32,000 nt of DNA, from positions 35,837 through 67,836 of the forward strand of contig CAZNZM010000003.1 in assembly GCA_964577555.1 (NCBI GenBank), read 5' to 3'. Position numbers and translations under genes: made by a program. The notes beneath the pieces were generated by a model. That model saw only the letters and a list, made by a program, of their open reading frames with translations. It ran no database searches and was not told where the DNA came from. This DNA is from an uncultured archaeon. Its GTDB lineage: Archaea; Iainarchaeota; Iainarchaeia; Iainarchaeales; Iainarchaeaceae. Below, in pieces: positions 1-9,076 of this stretch (positions within the stretch are counted from its first letter, which is position 1; each line of letters opens with the position of its first letter).

Positions 1-195
1 CCTGGCGGAATTGCTGTTATCCAGTTTGACTGTTTTAGTCCTAACAGTCTTAAATTTAATGATGATGTTAGATTCAAGAATGAAATTGCTCTTTTATTGA
101 GGCAATATAGAATTAATAATTTTGAATTTAAACGGACTGGTTCAGATTTATGGCCTACTGTTTTATTTTTTCAAAAACCGGTTGTTAAATTGTGA
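1..195 (+). CDS. C-terminal fragment of a SAM-dependent methyltransferase-like protein (5' end outside window)
   Basis: Frame 1 is open from base 1 to TGA at 193-195: PGGIAVIQFDCFSPNSLKFNDDVRFKNEIALLLRQYRINNFEFKRTGSDLWPTVLFFQKPVVKL*. It resembles the C-terminus of the 5464-6225 gene (PGGIAVIHFGTPYNRLELKNELAVLMKQYGVKEWFIKKGGILYFEKPFVKIP). Confidence 0.6.
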   Translation, partial: PGGIAVIQFDCFSPNSLKFNDDVRFKNEIALLLRQYRINNFEFKRTGSDLWPTVLFFQKPVVKL

Positions 196-339
196 GTGGT
201 GTTCCAAGTATTTTCAATATTGCAAAGTGTTTTTTAGAAGCTAATGAAATTGCCAAAAATTTGTGGCGGTTGCGTAGTCTTGTGTGGGTATTAAGTGCTT
301 TAGGTTATAGTAACGTCATTTTTTAATTATTTTTTTGTT

Positions 340-1110
340 TTGTCATTTGTGGTTTTTATGAATGGCTTTACTGCTCATATTATTGTTAAGAATGAAGAAA
401 GATTCATTAATTATGCTATTGAGTCTGCGCTTCTTATTGCTGATCAAGTTATTGTTTTTGATACTGGTTCTACGGATTCAACAATTGAAATAGTGCAATC
501 TTTGGTTAGAAAATATCCTAATAAAATATTTTTTTTTGAGAAGGGTAATCAGAGCACAACTGGGCTTGTTGAATTGAGAAATGAAATGATAAAGCTTACT
601 AAGACTGATTGGTTTTTTTTAGTAGACGGTGATGAAGTAGTCTCTATAAAAAATTTATCTGCTTTTTTAAATTTTTTTAGTTCTTTGTCTGAAAAAGTTT
701 CAAGAGTTGAGGTGAATAGGCGTGATTTTATAGGAGATGCTAATTTAGTGGCAAGAAATAGTTTGGTTGGGCGGTTTTATAAGACAAATAAAATAGTTTT
801 TTTTGGGGAATATCCTTTTGAATATCCTGTTTTGAAAGACTTTTCAAAAGAAACAATTGAATCTTTTTCTGTAAGCATTTCGGAAGATTTGGTTTTGTAC
901 AATCATTTTACTTATTTTGCCCGTTCGCAAAAAGATAATGATGTAAAGTTTGGGAGACACTGGCGTAAGTTGCCTTTTCCAATATTATTGTATTTTGGGT
1001 CAAAACCTGTTCCAAATATTGATGAAAATTTGGTTGTTGCTTTGTTAAAATTTCCGATTTATAATTTAATTGGGTTGTTTAATAATATGTTGTTATTTAA
1101 TAGAAAATAG
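340..1110 (+). CDS. Family 2-like glycosyltransferase
   Basis: N-terminus AHIIVKNEERFINYAIESALLIADQVIVFDTGSTDSTIEIV and WFFLVDGDE match the GT-A/GT2 nucleotide-sugar and DxD-like region. Confidence 0.85.
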   Translation: MSFVVFMNGFTAHIIVKNEERFINYAIESALLIADQVIVFDTGSTDSTIEIVQSLVRKYPNKIFFFEKGNQSTTGLVELRNEMIKLTKTDWFFLVDGDEVVSIKNLSAFLNFFSSLSEKVSRVEVNRRDFIGDANLVARNSLVGRFYKTNKIVFFGEYPFEYPVLKDFSKETIESFSVSISEDLVLYNHFTYFARSQKDNDVKFGRHWRKLPFPILLYFGSKPVPNIDENLVVALLKFPIYNLIGLFNNMLLFNRK

Positions 1111-1306
1111 TGATTTTTTTTTAATATAAATTTCATTTATTTTTTTTATTAAGATTTTGTTTTTAATTTTGGAATTGTTTTTTTTGTTATTTTTTTTGTA
1201 TTCTTTTTTTGTGAGCCATTTTTTTTATTTTCTTTTTTTTCGTTTTTTTTTTAATTTTAATACTTTGTTTTTTTTGTTTGTTTTGGTTTTTTAATACTTT
1301 CCTAAA

Positions 1307-2527
1307 TTGTTTTTTTTTGTGGTTGGCAAGAAGATTGTTCCTGCGGTTAGGGCTTTGGGCATAAAGCATGCGACTCGTGATGTTGTTCCGATTGCGCAGG
1401 AAGTTGAAAGGTCTGGTAAAAAGGTTTTGTATTTGAATATTGGGGACCCAATGGTTTTTGATTATCGTACTCCTGAGCATTTGTGGCAGGCTATTTTTGA
1501 GAATAAGAAAAATGCTGAGGGTTATTCTGATTCTTTGGGTTATTTGGGTGCAAGAAAAGCTGTTGCTGATTATGCTAAGCGAATGGGTGTTGGTGGTGTT
1601 TCTTGGGATGATGTTATTACTTTTGTTGGTGGGAGCGAGGCCATAATTTTTTCTATGCAGGCTCTTTTTAATCGTGGCGAGAATTGTCTTGTTCCTGTGC
1701 CTGGTTATTCTATTTTTACTGGGGAACTTGCTTTTTTGGAGTGCGAAGCTAATGGTTATTATTTGGATGAGGAGAATGGTTGGCAACCTGATGTTGATAT
1801 GATTGAAAGGAATATAAATGAAAAGACCAGAGCTATTGTTGTTATTAATCCTAATAATCCTACTGGTTCTGTTTTTTCTCGCGGTACTTTGAAAAAGATT
1901 GTTGACATTGCTGGTTCTCATGATTTGGTTGTTTTTGCTGATGAAACTTATGATCAGTTGTTGTTTGATGATGAAACTTTTGTTCCAATGGCTTCGCTTT
2001 CTGATGATGTTCCAATGATTTGTTTTGGCAGTATTTCCAAGAATTATCTTGCGCCTGGTTTTAGGGGTGGTTGGATTTATCAGCATGGGCCTAAAGAGGT
2101 TTTGAGTGATTATTTTGATGCTATTAAGAGGTTTTCTAGGTTGAGGCTTTCGACTGTTGCGCCTGTGCAGTATGCTATTGAAGCGGCTTTGAATGGGCCT
2201 CAGAATCATTTGGGAAAGTTGAGGGATAAGCTTAGAAAAAGGCGTGATCTTGCTTTTAAGAGGTTGAATGAGGTTCGTGGTTTGAGTTGTGTCAAGCCTA
2301 AAGGTGCTTTTTATTCTTATCCTAGGATTGATTTTCCGATTGAGTCTGATAGGCAGTTTGTGGTTGATCTTGTGAAGCAGAAAGGTGTTTTGTGTGTTTA
2401 TGGTGAAGGTTTTGGGCAAAAGCCTGGGACGCATCATTTTAGGATTGTTTTTTTGCCGCCTGAGGATGTTCTTTCAGAAGCTTTTGATAAGATTGACGAG
2501 TTTATTCGTGAAAATTACAGGTTTTGA
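1307..2527 (+). CDS. PLP-dependent class I/II aminotransferase (alanine/aspartate aminotransferase-like)
   Basis: YLNIGDP, INPNNPTGSV, FADETYDQL, GSISKNYLAPGFRGGWI (Schiff-base Lys region). The true start may be slightly downstream of 1307. Confidence 0.9.
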   Translation: MFFFVVGKKIVPAVRALGIKHATRDVVPIAQEVERSGKKVLYLNIGDPMVFDYRTPEHLWQAIFENKKNAEGYSDSLGYLGARKAVADYAKRMGVGGVSWDDVITFVGGSEAIIFSMQALFNRGENCLVPVPGYSIFTGELAFLECEANGYYLDEENGWQPDVDMIERNINEKTRAIVVINPNNPTGSVFSRGTLKKIVDIAGSHDLVVFADETYDQLLFDDETFVPMASLSDDVPMICFGSISKNYLAPGFRGGWIYQHGPKEVLSDYFDAIKRFSRLRLSTVAPVQYAIEAALNGPQNHLGKLRDKLRKRRDLAFKRLNEVRGLSCVKPKGAFYSYPRIDFPIESDRQFVVDLVKQKGVLCVYGEGFGQKPGTHHFRIVFLPPEDVLSEAFDKIDEFIRENYRF

Positions 2528-4293
2528 TTTTTGTTTTTCATTATTTCTTTGAAAAGTGCTATTGCGGCTTTTTTTGGGCCTTCTAATTCCATTCCTTGCA
2601 ATCCTAATTGTGTTTTGATTTGTCCAACATAAATTCCTTCTTTGAACATTTGTTTGAAGTATTTTTCGGCTATGATTTCGTGTTCTTCTTTTAGTTGTAA
2701 TGGGCCGAATATGTTTGCATAGTATGTTGTTGAAATTCCTGTTTCTTGGGTTGTGCCTTTTGCCAGTCTTTTTCCTTCTTTAAAAACAGCCATTGCTTCT
2801 TCTGGTGTTTTGAATCTTTGCAAGTAGTTTTCGTCTTCTGGTTTTTCGTAGTTGTTTGCATAAAGAAAATAGTCTATGTTCCAACCGTGTTGTATTTCTT
2901 TGAGCGTGGTTACTGGTATTATTATTCTTGCGTTTGGTTCTCGGTTTGGTATCATTATTATCATTCTGTCTAGTTGTCCATAAACGTATCCTGTGTCAAG
3001 GTCGTCTATTCTTACAAAGGCTCCGATTTCTGTGCCGTATGCCTTGATTTTTCCGTCTTTTCCTATTTCAAGAGAACCCATGTCGTCAAATATTATTTTC
3101 ATTTCTCTTAGGTTTTCTCCGCTTAGCATTCTTAATGCTTCTAGTGATTCGCTTTTTCCTGCTCCTGAATCTCCGACTAATATTATGTTTGCTTTTTTGC
3201 CTGTTTTCATTGTTATTCTTACCATTGCTCCGTGGATTGGCATTCTTCCTCTTTTTATCCAAATCGAGTTGTGGAGGGTGAGCATCATTTTTTTTATGTA
3301 TCCAAAGTAGCCGAATTCTTTGTCTGCTGGAATTGCTCCAATCATTAAATTGTTTTTTTCGTCAATGTAGTAAATCGTTTTTTCTGGGTAATATTTTTCG
3401 AATGTTTTTAGTGGCAAGCCGTAGACATATATTGCGTCCGGTTTTTTTTTCAGGTCTTGGTCTGTGCAAAGTTCGAAAAGGTTTGCTGTTGAAAGAGCCA
3501 TTCCTGTATAGAAGTCGTGGAAGTATAAGTAAATAATTAGTTCTCCTACTTTTGCTGGGAAGCAAAGCCATTCTTGTTCGTTGAATTCTGTGTTTTCAAT
3601 TGGGTTTGATTTTACTATTTTGAATTCTCCTTTTCTTTTGTTTATGAGCGGGTCTATTATTACTGGTGGATTTAATAGTATTTGTCTTATCATCGGGATT
3701 TTTTTTAGTTCTGCATATTCGTTTGGGATTTTTGGTTCTATTTTTTTTGCTATTGCTCCGACTGTGCAACCTGCTGGGACTTGGCGGAAAATAATCGGGT
3801 GTTCTCCTGTTATATTTTCTTGCATGTCTCTATAGATTTTTCTGACTGTGTGGTTGAGTTTTTCAATTGTGTCGTTGAATGTTCTGTATGGTTTTTTGTC
3901 TATTTCTTTGTCTGGCGAGTTTTGGTCTTGTAGGCATATTAGGTAGCGTTCGTGGTTGCGCCAGTAATTATAAAGTTCTTCTACGAATCTGTCCAGCAAG
4001 TATGGTTCTTTAAAGAATGTTTCCAATTCTGGGTTGTTTTTTAATGCTGTTTTTATATCGTGTTTTGCTATGCATTTTAGTGCTTTGTGGAGTTGTTCTT
4101 CTTGTTCTTTTTCGGTTGTTTTTGGGAGGAGTTTCAAAAATTCGGATTTTTTTTCTCTTAATTTTTTTAATAGGTTTGAAAGCATTGTTTTGAATAGTTC
4201 GCTGTCAATTATTTTGTCAATGTTTCCCCATTCAAGGCTTGTGGTTTTTATTATTACTTGTTTTCCTTGGAATGAAACTTTTGTTGCCATCAA
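2515..4293 (-). CDS. HPr kinase/PEP-carboxykinase-fold-like P-loop protein
   Basis: 592 aa; Walker A IILVGDSGAGKSES, downstream IIFDDMGSLE; long N-terminal region of unknown function. Confidence 0.6.
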   Translation of the reverse strand: MMATKVSFQGKQVIIKTTSLEWGNIDKIIDSELFKTMLSNLLKKLREKKSEFLKLLPKTTEKEQEEQLHKALKCIAKHDIKTALKNNPELETFFKEPYLLDRFVEELYNYWRNHERYLICLQDQNSPDKEIDKKPYRTFNDTIEKLNHTVRKIYRDMQENITGEHPIIFRQVPAGCTVGAIAKKIEPKIPNEYAELKKIPMIRQILLNPPVIIDPLINKRKGEFKIVKSNPIENTEFNEQEWLCFPAKVGELIIYLYFHDFYTGMALSTANLFELCTDQDLKKKPDAIYVYGLPLKTFEKYYPEKTIYYIDEKNNLMIGAIPADKEFGYFGYIKKMMLTLHNSIWIKRGRMPIHGAMVRITMKTGKKANIILVGDSGAGKSESLEALRMLSGENLREMKIIFDDMGSLEIGKDGKIKAYGTEIGAFVRIDDLDTGYVYGQLDRMIIMIPNREPNARIIIPVTTLKEIQHGWNIDYFLYANNYEKPEDENYLQRFKTPEEAMAVFKEGKRLAKGTTQETGISTTYYANIFGPLQLKEEHEIIAEKYFKQMFKEGIYVGQIKTQLGLQGMELEGPKKAAIALFKEIMKNKNQNL

Positions 4294-4466
4294 AATGTTT
4301 TTTTTGCATTATGTTTTTAATTAGGTTCATTGCTCTTTTGTTTTTTTTCATATTTCCTTTTAAAACCTGATTATTTGGGTTTTTTTGGCATTTCTTTATA
4401 AATCTTTTTTCAGTGTTTAATTTGTTTCCTTTTGAAAAGGAAAATAAAACTATGGAGGTATTTTCA

Positions 4467-4643
4467 ATGACTGATCTTTTAGTTGTTGGTTCAAAGGTGA
4501 AGGAAGAGATAAAAAAGTATGACTGTAATACTGCTGGCGATGCGGTTGAGGCGCTCAGTAAAATGGTTGAGGATGTAATAAAAAAGGCCGCCGAAAGGGC
4601 AAAAGCCAACGGTAGGAAGACGGTCAGGGCAGAGGACTTTTAA
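4467..4643 (+). CDS. Archaeal histone-like protein (short)
   Basis: MTDLLVVGSKVKEEIKKYDCNTAGDAVEALSKMVEDVIKKAAERAKANGRKTVRAEDF*; the RKTVRAED loop is typical of archaeal histones. SD-like GGAGGT upstream supports ATG 4467 over the ORF-track start at 4413. Confidence 0.85.
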   Translation: MTDLLVVGSKVKEEIKKYDCNTAGDAVEALSKMVEDVIKKAAERAKANGRKTVRAEDF

Positions 4644-4715
4644 TTTTTGTAATGTAAATGAAAAAGGATTTTGTTTTGTATTTTTTTTATGGGGCTTTGG
4701 GTTTGCCCCGTTTTT

Positions 4716-5405
4716 TTAATTTTGTATTTTTATTTTGATTAGTTTTTTTGTGCTATGGCTTAGTATTTTGTGGCTTTTTTTTGTGATTAATATGTCGTCT
4801 TCTATTCTTATGCCGAATTTTTTTGGCAGGTAGATTCCTGGTTCTATTGTTATTATGTCTCCTGTTTTGAGGAATTGGTTTGGTTTTTTGGATAGTTTGG
4901 GGTTTGCATGTATTATTTTTGACAAACCGTGTCCTAGGCTGTGGTTGAAGTATTTTGCGTGTTTTCCAAGTATTTTTAGTGCGTGTTTGTAAATTTTGTT
5001 GCCGTCTGTTTTTGGCTTTAGCATTTTTATGCATTCTTGGTTTGCGCGAAGTACTTTTGAGTATATTTTTTTTTCTTTTTTTGATGGTTCGCCGAAGTAT
5101 ATTGTTCTTGTCATGTCTCCGCAGTATTTGTTTACTCTTGCGCCAAAGTCTATTACACAGAAGCCTTTTTTTAGTTTTGTTTTGTTTGGCTTGTGGTGCC
5201 AATCTACCGCGTTTTCTGCTGTTGCAACTATTGTTTGAAAAGCGTTTTTTGCTCTTGCTTTTTTTATTTCTTTGTCAATGAATTTGGCTATGTCTTTTTC
5301 TGTTTTGAATTCGTTTTTTTTGAGTTTTTTCAAGAGTTTTGCAAATATTTTGTCGTTTATTTTGCATGCTTTTGAAATGTTTTTTGTTTTTTGATTTTTT
5401 GTCAT
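4716..5405 (-). CDS. M24 family metallopeptidase (Xaa-Pro aminopeptidase / methionine aminopeptidase-like)
   Basis: VIDFGARVNKYCGDMTRTIYFG, HSLGHGLSKIIH, ITIEPGIYLPKKFGIRIEDDILIT contain the metal-ligand motifs of the fold. Confidence 0.85.
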   Translation of the reverse strand: MTKNQKTKNISKACKINDKIFAKLLKKLKKNEFKTEKDIAKFIDKEIKKARAKNAFQTIVATAENAVDWHHKPNKTKLKKGFCVIDFGARVNKYCGDMTRTIYFGEPSKKEKKIYSKVLRANQECIKMLKPKTDGNKIYKHALKILGKHAKYFNHSLGHGLSKIIHANPKLSKKPNQFLKTGDIITIEPGIYLPKKFGIRIEDDILITKKSHKILSHSTKKLIKIKIQN

Positions 5406-5463
5406 GCAATCATTAAGTTATTTTTGGCATGATTTTAATTATGTTTGTTTTTTTTGTTTGTAT

Positions 5464-6225
5464 ATGGTTGGGAAACGTTTGAGGAATAGGCCTTTAGCGA
5501 ATGACGATCCAAGGGTGCCTTTTCCATGGCGTCGTTTAGGTCGGTCAGAAAGAACTCGTAAGCCTAATAATTATGCGCGTGAAGTTTCAATTTTTGATGG
5601 TTATGTAACAGCACGTGATATTAGAGCTACTTGGGGTGTTTTTGAAACAGGAATTAATAATGCTAAACGCATTTTGCATTTTGATATTAAAAGACATGTT
5701 GCTGCTTTATTGTCTAAAGATAATGTTCGTGTGGTTAATGTTCTTGATTTGGGTTGTGGCAAGGGTGTTGCGTTGAATGATTTGAAAAGGCTTTTTGGTG
5801 ATAGGGTGAGGACTTTTGGGCAGGTTGCGGCTGTTACTTCTAATGAAAAATATGATGGTGTTGATAGGCTTTTGGTTGGTTCTTTGACTTTGCCTGAAAA
5901 ACCGCTTAAGCTTGTTGATAAAAGTAAAGTTGTGAATGTTAATTTAGATAAGTGCAGAGTTTTTAGGCCTAGGCCTATTATGGATTTGATTTATTCTACT
6001 TATGGCCCTGCTTATCATTCTTTTTTGAGGTTGACTATATTTGAAGAGGTTATTAAGTGGCTTAGGCCCGGCGGAATTGCTGTTATTCATTTTGGCACTC
6101 CTTATAATAGGCTTGAATTGAAGAATGAGCTTGCTGTTTTGATGAAACAATATGGTGTTAAGGAATGGTTTATTAAGAAGGGTGGGATTTTATATTTTGA
6201 AAAACCTTTTGTTAAAATTCCTTGA
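5464..6225 (+). CDS. SAM-dependent methyltransferase-like protein
   Basis: VNVLDLGCGKGVALNDL (motif I), EEVIKWLRPGGIAVIHFG (post-motif region). Start set at the internal ATG 5464 in the 5404 ORF. Confidence 0.65.
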   Translation: MVGKRLRNRPLANDDPRVPFPWRRLGRSERTRKPNNYAREVSIFDGYVTARDIRATWGVFETGINNAKRILHFDIKRHVAALLSKDNVRVVNVLDLGCGKGVALNDLKRLFGDRVRTFGQVAAVTSNEKYDGVDRLLVGSLTLPEKPLKLVDKSKVVNVNLDKCRVFRPRPIMDLIYSTYGPAYHSFLRLTIFEEVIKWLRPGGIAVIHFGTPYNRLELKNELAVLMKQYGVKEWFIKKGGILYFEKPFVKIP

Positions 6226-6623
6226 TATTGTTGTAAGATTTTTTTTAGCTTAATTTGTTTTTTTTTGATTTTTAAGAATTTCAAGTTTGCTTTTTTGTTT
6301 TTTTTGTTAATTGTTTTTTTATTTGTTTTTTTTTGTTTGGTTTTTGCAAGCTGTTTTTTTATGGAATTTGTTTTTTTTTTAATTTTAAATTGTTTTGTCT
6401 TTTTTTTTGTGGTTTGGTTTTTTTTTCAAGCTGTTTTTTTTTTATGGAATTTTGTTTTTTTTTGGCGAGCCGATTTTTTTTTGTTAATTGTTTTTTTTTA
6501 TTTGTTTTTTTTTAATTTTTGTTGTTTTTTTTGGTGTTGGTGATTTTTTTTTTGTTATTTTTTTTTAATTTTTGTTGTTTTTTTTGTGGCTTGTTTTTTT
6601 TGTTTTTTTAAATTCTATTTTTT
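6226..6623 (+). repeat. T-tract-rich intergenic array with GCAAGCTG/GCGAGCCG/GTGGCTTG islands
   Basis: Many T7-T11 tracts interrupted by short GC islands between convergent genes. In 6361-6420, 41 of 60 bases are T. Confidence 0.75.
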
Positions 6624-7136
6624 TTAGGGTGTTATTCTTGTGACTTCGTAGTAGTTTATTTCGTTTTCCGAGTCTACAACTGCGTTTAAAAGTTTTGTTT
6701 TTAGGTTTCCTGCCAATCTGACCATTCTGGATAGTTCTATGAAATTGTATTTGTCGTCTTGTGATGTTACGTTTATGCACCATTGTGAATGTGCTTCTCC
6801 TGGTTTTTTTCCTCTTGGATATACTCTGAAATCAAATCCGAATTTGAATCCTGTTTTTACTACAAATCCTCTGTTTCTTAGGTCTTTGAATACTTGGTAT
6901 TTTAGGTAAAAGTTTTTGATTTTTTTGTCCGCGTAATTCAAGTATTCTTCTTCATTCATTGTTTTTCCTGTTTTTCCGTTTGTTATGCTGAATTTTTCTT
7001 TTTCAAGCAGGTATAGTCCTTCAAACAAGTCTAATATTAGTTCTTGTTCTTTGTTTTCGCCGAAGCCTCTTTGTCTTAATGCGTCTGCCAGTCTTTTGTC
7101 TTTTGTGAGTATTTTGTCGTTTATGATTATTGCCAT
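6624..7136 (-). CDS. endA: tRNA-splicing endonuclease
   Basis: YQVFKDLRNRGFVVKTGFKFGFDFRVYPRGKKPGEAHSQW and KTKLLNAVVD match the catalytic domain of archaeal EndA. Confidence 0.93.
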   Translation of the reverse strand: MAIIINDKILTKDKRLADALRQRGFGENKEQELILDLFEGLYLLEKEKFSITNGKTGKTMNEEEYLNYADKKIKNFYLKYQVFKDLRNRGFVVKTGFKFGFDFRVYPRGKKPGEAHSQWCINVTSQDDKYNFIELSRMVRLAGNLKTKLLNAVVDSENEINYYEVTRITP

Positions 7137-7335
7137 AATAATTCTATTTTGGCAATTGGTTATTAATGATTGTTGTTTGTCATTTTGTTAAATTGGTGTT
7201 GTATGTGGTTTTGTTTTAAAAAATTTTGATTGTTTTTTTTGTTTTGTATTTGATTTTTAATTGGTTTGTTGTGAAACTTTTTTGGTTAAATATGTTTTTG
7301 AATTTAATATGTTTTAATATTTTGGGTGGTTTTTT

Positions 7336-8427
7336 TTGGAAAAGCCTTTGATTGATCCTTGGGGTTCTTTTGCAGTTAATGATTATACGCATGTTTTTCG
7401 TGAGTTTGGATTGACTCCTTTTTCTAGGGATTTTGCTGGGAATTTTGATTTTTTTCTTTTTGAGCGTGGCATTGTTGTTGCTCATAGGGATTTTGACAAG
7501 GTTTTGAAGAGGATTGAATCTAAGAAGCCTTTTATTAATATGACTGGCATTGCTTCTTCTGGGCCTTTTCATTTAGGGCATAAGGTGGATGTGGATTTGT
7601 TCAAGTTTTTCAAGTCGAAGGGTGGTAGGAATTATTTTGCTGTTTGTGACATTGATGCTTATGTGAGCAGGCCTGATGAGAAAATTCCTGATTTGAGGAC
7701 GGCTAAAAAGTTTGCTGTTCTTAATGTGGCTGATTTGCTTGCTTTGGGTTTGGAGAAGGAGGATATTTATGTTCAGTCAAGGCAAGGAAGCAGGTATTAT
7801 GAATTTGCTTTTGAGTTGAGTAAAAAGATAACTAAAAATACTTTTGAAGCTGTTTACGGGCATGTTGATTTGGGTAAGGTTTCTGCTAATTTGTTGCAGT
7901 ATTCTGATATTTTACATCCTCAATTGGTTGAGTTTGAGGGCCCGATGCCTTCTGTTACTGGCATTGGTTTGGATCAGGATCCGCATGCACGTTTGGTAAG
8001 GGATATTGTTAAGAGGTTGCCTTACAAAATGCAGGTTCCTTCTTTTATTTATTTTAAGCATCAGTCTGGTTTGCAGCCGGGACAAAAGATGTCTGCTTCA
8101 AAGCCTGAAACCGCTATTTTTTTGTCCGATTCGCCAAAGGATATTGAGAAAAAAATAAATAGGGCTTTTTCTGGTGGCCAGCCAACTGTTGAAGAGCATC
8201 GTGCAAAGGGTGGTAATATTGAAATTGACATGGTTTTTGAAATGTTGAAGTTTCATTATCCTGACACGAAAGAGCTTGAAAAGATTGGCATGGATTTTGC
8301 TTCGGGTAAAATGCTTGCATCTGAGTTGAAAAAATTTGCGGTTGATTTCTTTGTGCCTTTGCTTGTAGAGCACCAAAAAATGGCTAAGGGCAATATTGAA
8401 TTGGCTGAAAAATTGGTTTACGGGTGA
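7336..8427 (+). CDS. trpS: Tryptophanyl-tRNA synthetase, archaeal/eukaryotic type
   Basis: FINMTGIASSGPFHLGHKVDVDLFKFF (HIGH-like), GLQPGQKMSASKPETAIF (KMSKS-like KMSAS), and class-typical N-terminus DPWGSFAVNDYTHVFREFG. Confidence 0.93.
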   Translation: MEKPLIDPWGSFAVNDYTHVFREFGLTPFSRDFAGNFDFFLFERGIVVAHRDFDKVLKRIESKKPFINMTGIASSGPFHLGHKVDVDLFKFFKSKGGRNYFAVCDIDAYVSRPDEKIPDLRTAKKFAVLNVADLLALGLEKEDIYVQSRQGSRYYEFAFELSKKITKNTFEAVYGHVDLGKVSANLLQYSDILHPQLVEFEGPMPSVTGIGLDQDPHARLVRDIVKRLPYKMQVPSFIYFKHQSGLQPGQKMSASKPETAIFLSDSPKDIEKKINRAFSGGQPTVEEHRAKGGNIEIDMVFEMLKFHYPDTKELEKIGMDFASGKMLASELKKFAVDFFVPLLVEHQKMAKGNIELAEKLVYG

Positions 8428-8434
8428 TTATTTT

Positions 8435-8998
8435 TCATATTTTTCCAACGAGTTTTATTTCAGGTTTTATTGTTTTTTTGCCTGGTTTCCAATTCATTGG
8501 GCATACTTCGCCTTTGTTTTCTCTTACGAATTTTGCTGCTTCTAATTTTCTTATTGTTTCTTCCACGCTTCTGCCTATGTTGTTGTCGTGGAATTCAAAT
8601 GTCTTTATTATGCCATCCGGGTCGATTATAAATGTTGCTCTGAGTGAAAGCCCTTCTTGTTCTATAAGAGTGCCGTAAGCGGTGCATACTCTTCTGGCTG
8701 GGTCTGCAAGCATTGGAAATTTTATTTTTTTGATTGTTGGGGATTCGTCGTGCCATGCTTTGTGTACGAATGCTGTGTCAACGCTGACGCTTATTATTTC
8801 TGCGCCGAGTTTTTTTATTTTGTCATAGTTTTCTGCAAGTTCTCCGAGTTCTGTTGGGCAAACAAATGTAAAGTCGGCAGGATAAAAAAACAATATTACC
8901 CATTTTTCTTTGTAGTTTGACAGGCTTATTTTTTTGAATTTGTCGTCAACGTATGCTTCTTCAGTGAATTCTGGTGCTTTTTGGTTTATTGATATCAT
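8435..8998 (-). CDS. Peroxiredoxin, AhpC/TSA family (2-Cys type)
   Basis: VILFFYPADFTFVCPTELGELAENY (peroxidatic Cys), C-terminal GEVCPMNWKPG (resolving Cys). Confidence 0.95.
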   Translation of the reverse strand: MISINQKAPEFTEEAYVDDKFKKISLSNYKEKWVILFFYPADFTFVCPTELGELAENYDKIKKLGAEIISVSVDTAFVHKAWHDESPTIKKIKFPMLADPARRVCTAYGTLIEQEGLSLRATFIIDPDGIIKTFEFHDNNIGRSVEETIRKLEAAKFVRENKGEVCPMNWKPGKKTIKPEIKLVGKI

Positions 8999-9076
8999 GT
9001 TAAAATGGTTTTTAGCATCATTTTAAATTTTTTAGCTTTTGGCTTTTGTCAATATTTTTTTTGTTTGTAGTACTAT

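Noticed and set aside
1187-2437. 416-aa minus-strand ORF
   Set aside because: Antisense to the clear aminotransferase gene. Low-complexity Asn/Ile/Lys/Arg composition produced by the T-rich plus strand, with no domain motifs.
2515-2527. Convergent overlap of aminotransferase and P-loop gene stop regions
   Set aside because: A short 3'/3' overlap is ordinary in compact genomes and not worth a separate finding.
2746-4324. Several plus-strand ORFs (2746, 2993, 3333, 3581, 4034)
   Set aside because: All antisense to the 592-aa P-loop gene; Phe/Ser-rich with no family motif.
4753-5375. Antisense and shifted ORFs over the M24 peptidase (4753-5202 minus, 4955/4996/5193 plus)
   Set aside because: Overlap a gene with intact catalytic motifs and are compositionally biased.
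6265-6543. Phe-rich plus-strand ORFs (also 6333-6515, 10570-10836, 10620-10802)
   Set aside because: Encoded by T tracts only (FFF/LFF repeats). Treated as intergenic arrays rather than membrane proteins.
7216-7572. 118-aa minus-strand ORF
   Set aside because: Antisense to the 5' end of trpS, with Lys/Ile/Asn bias only.
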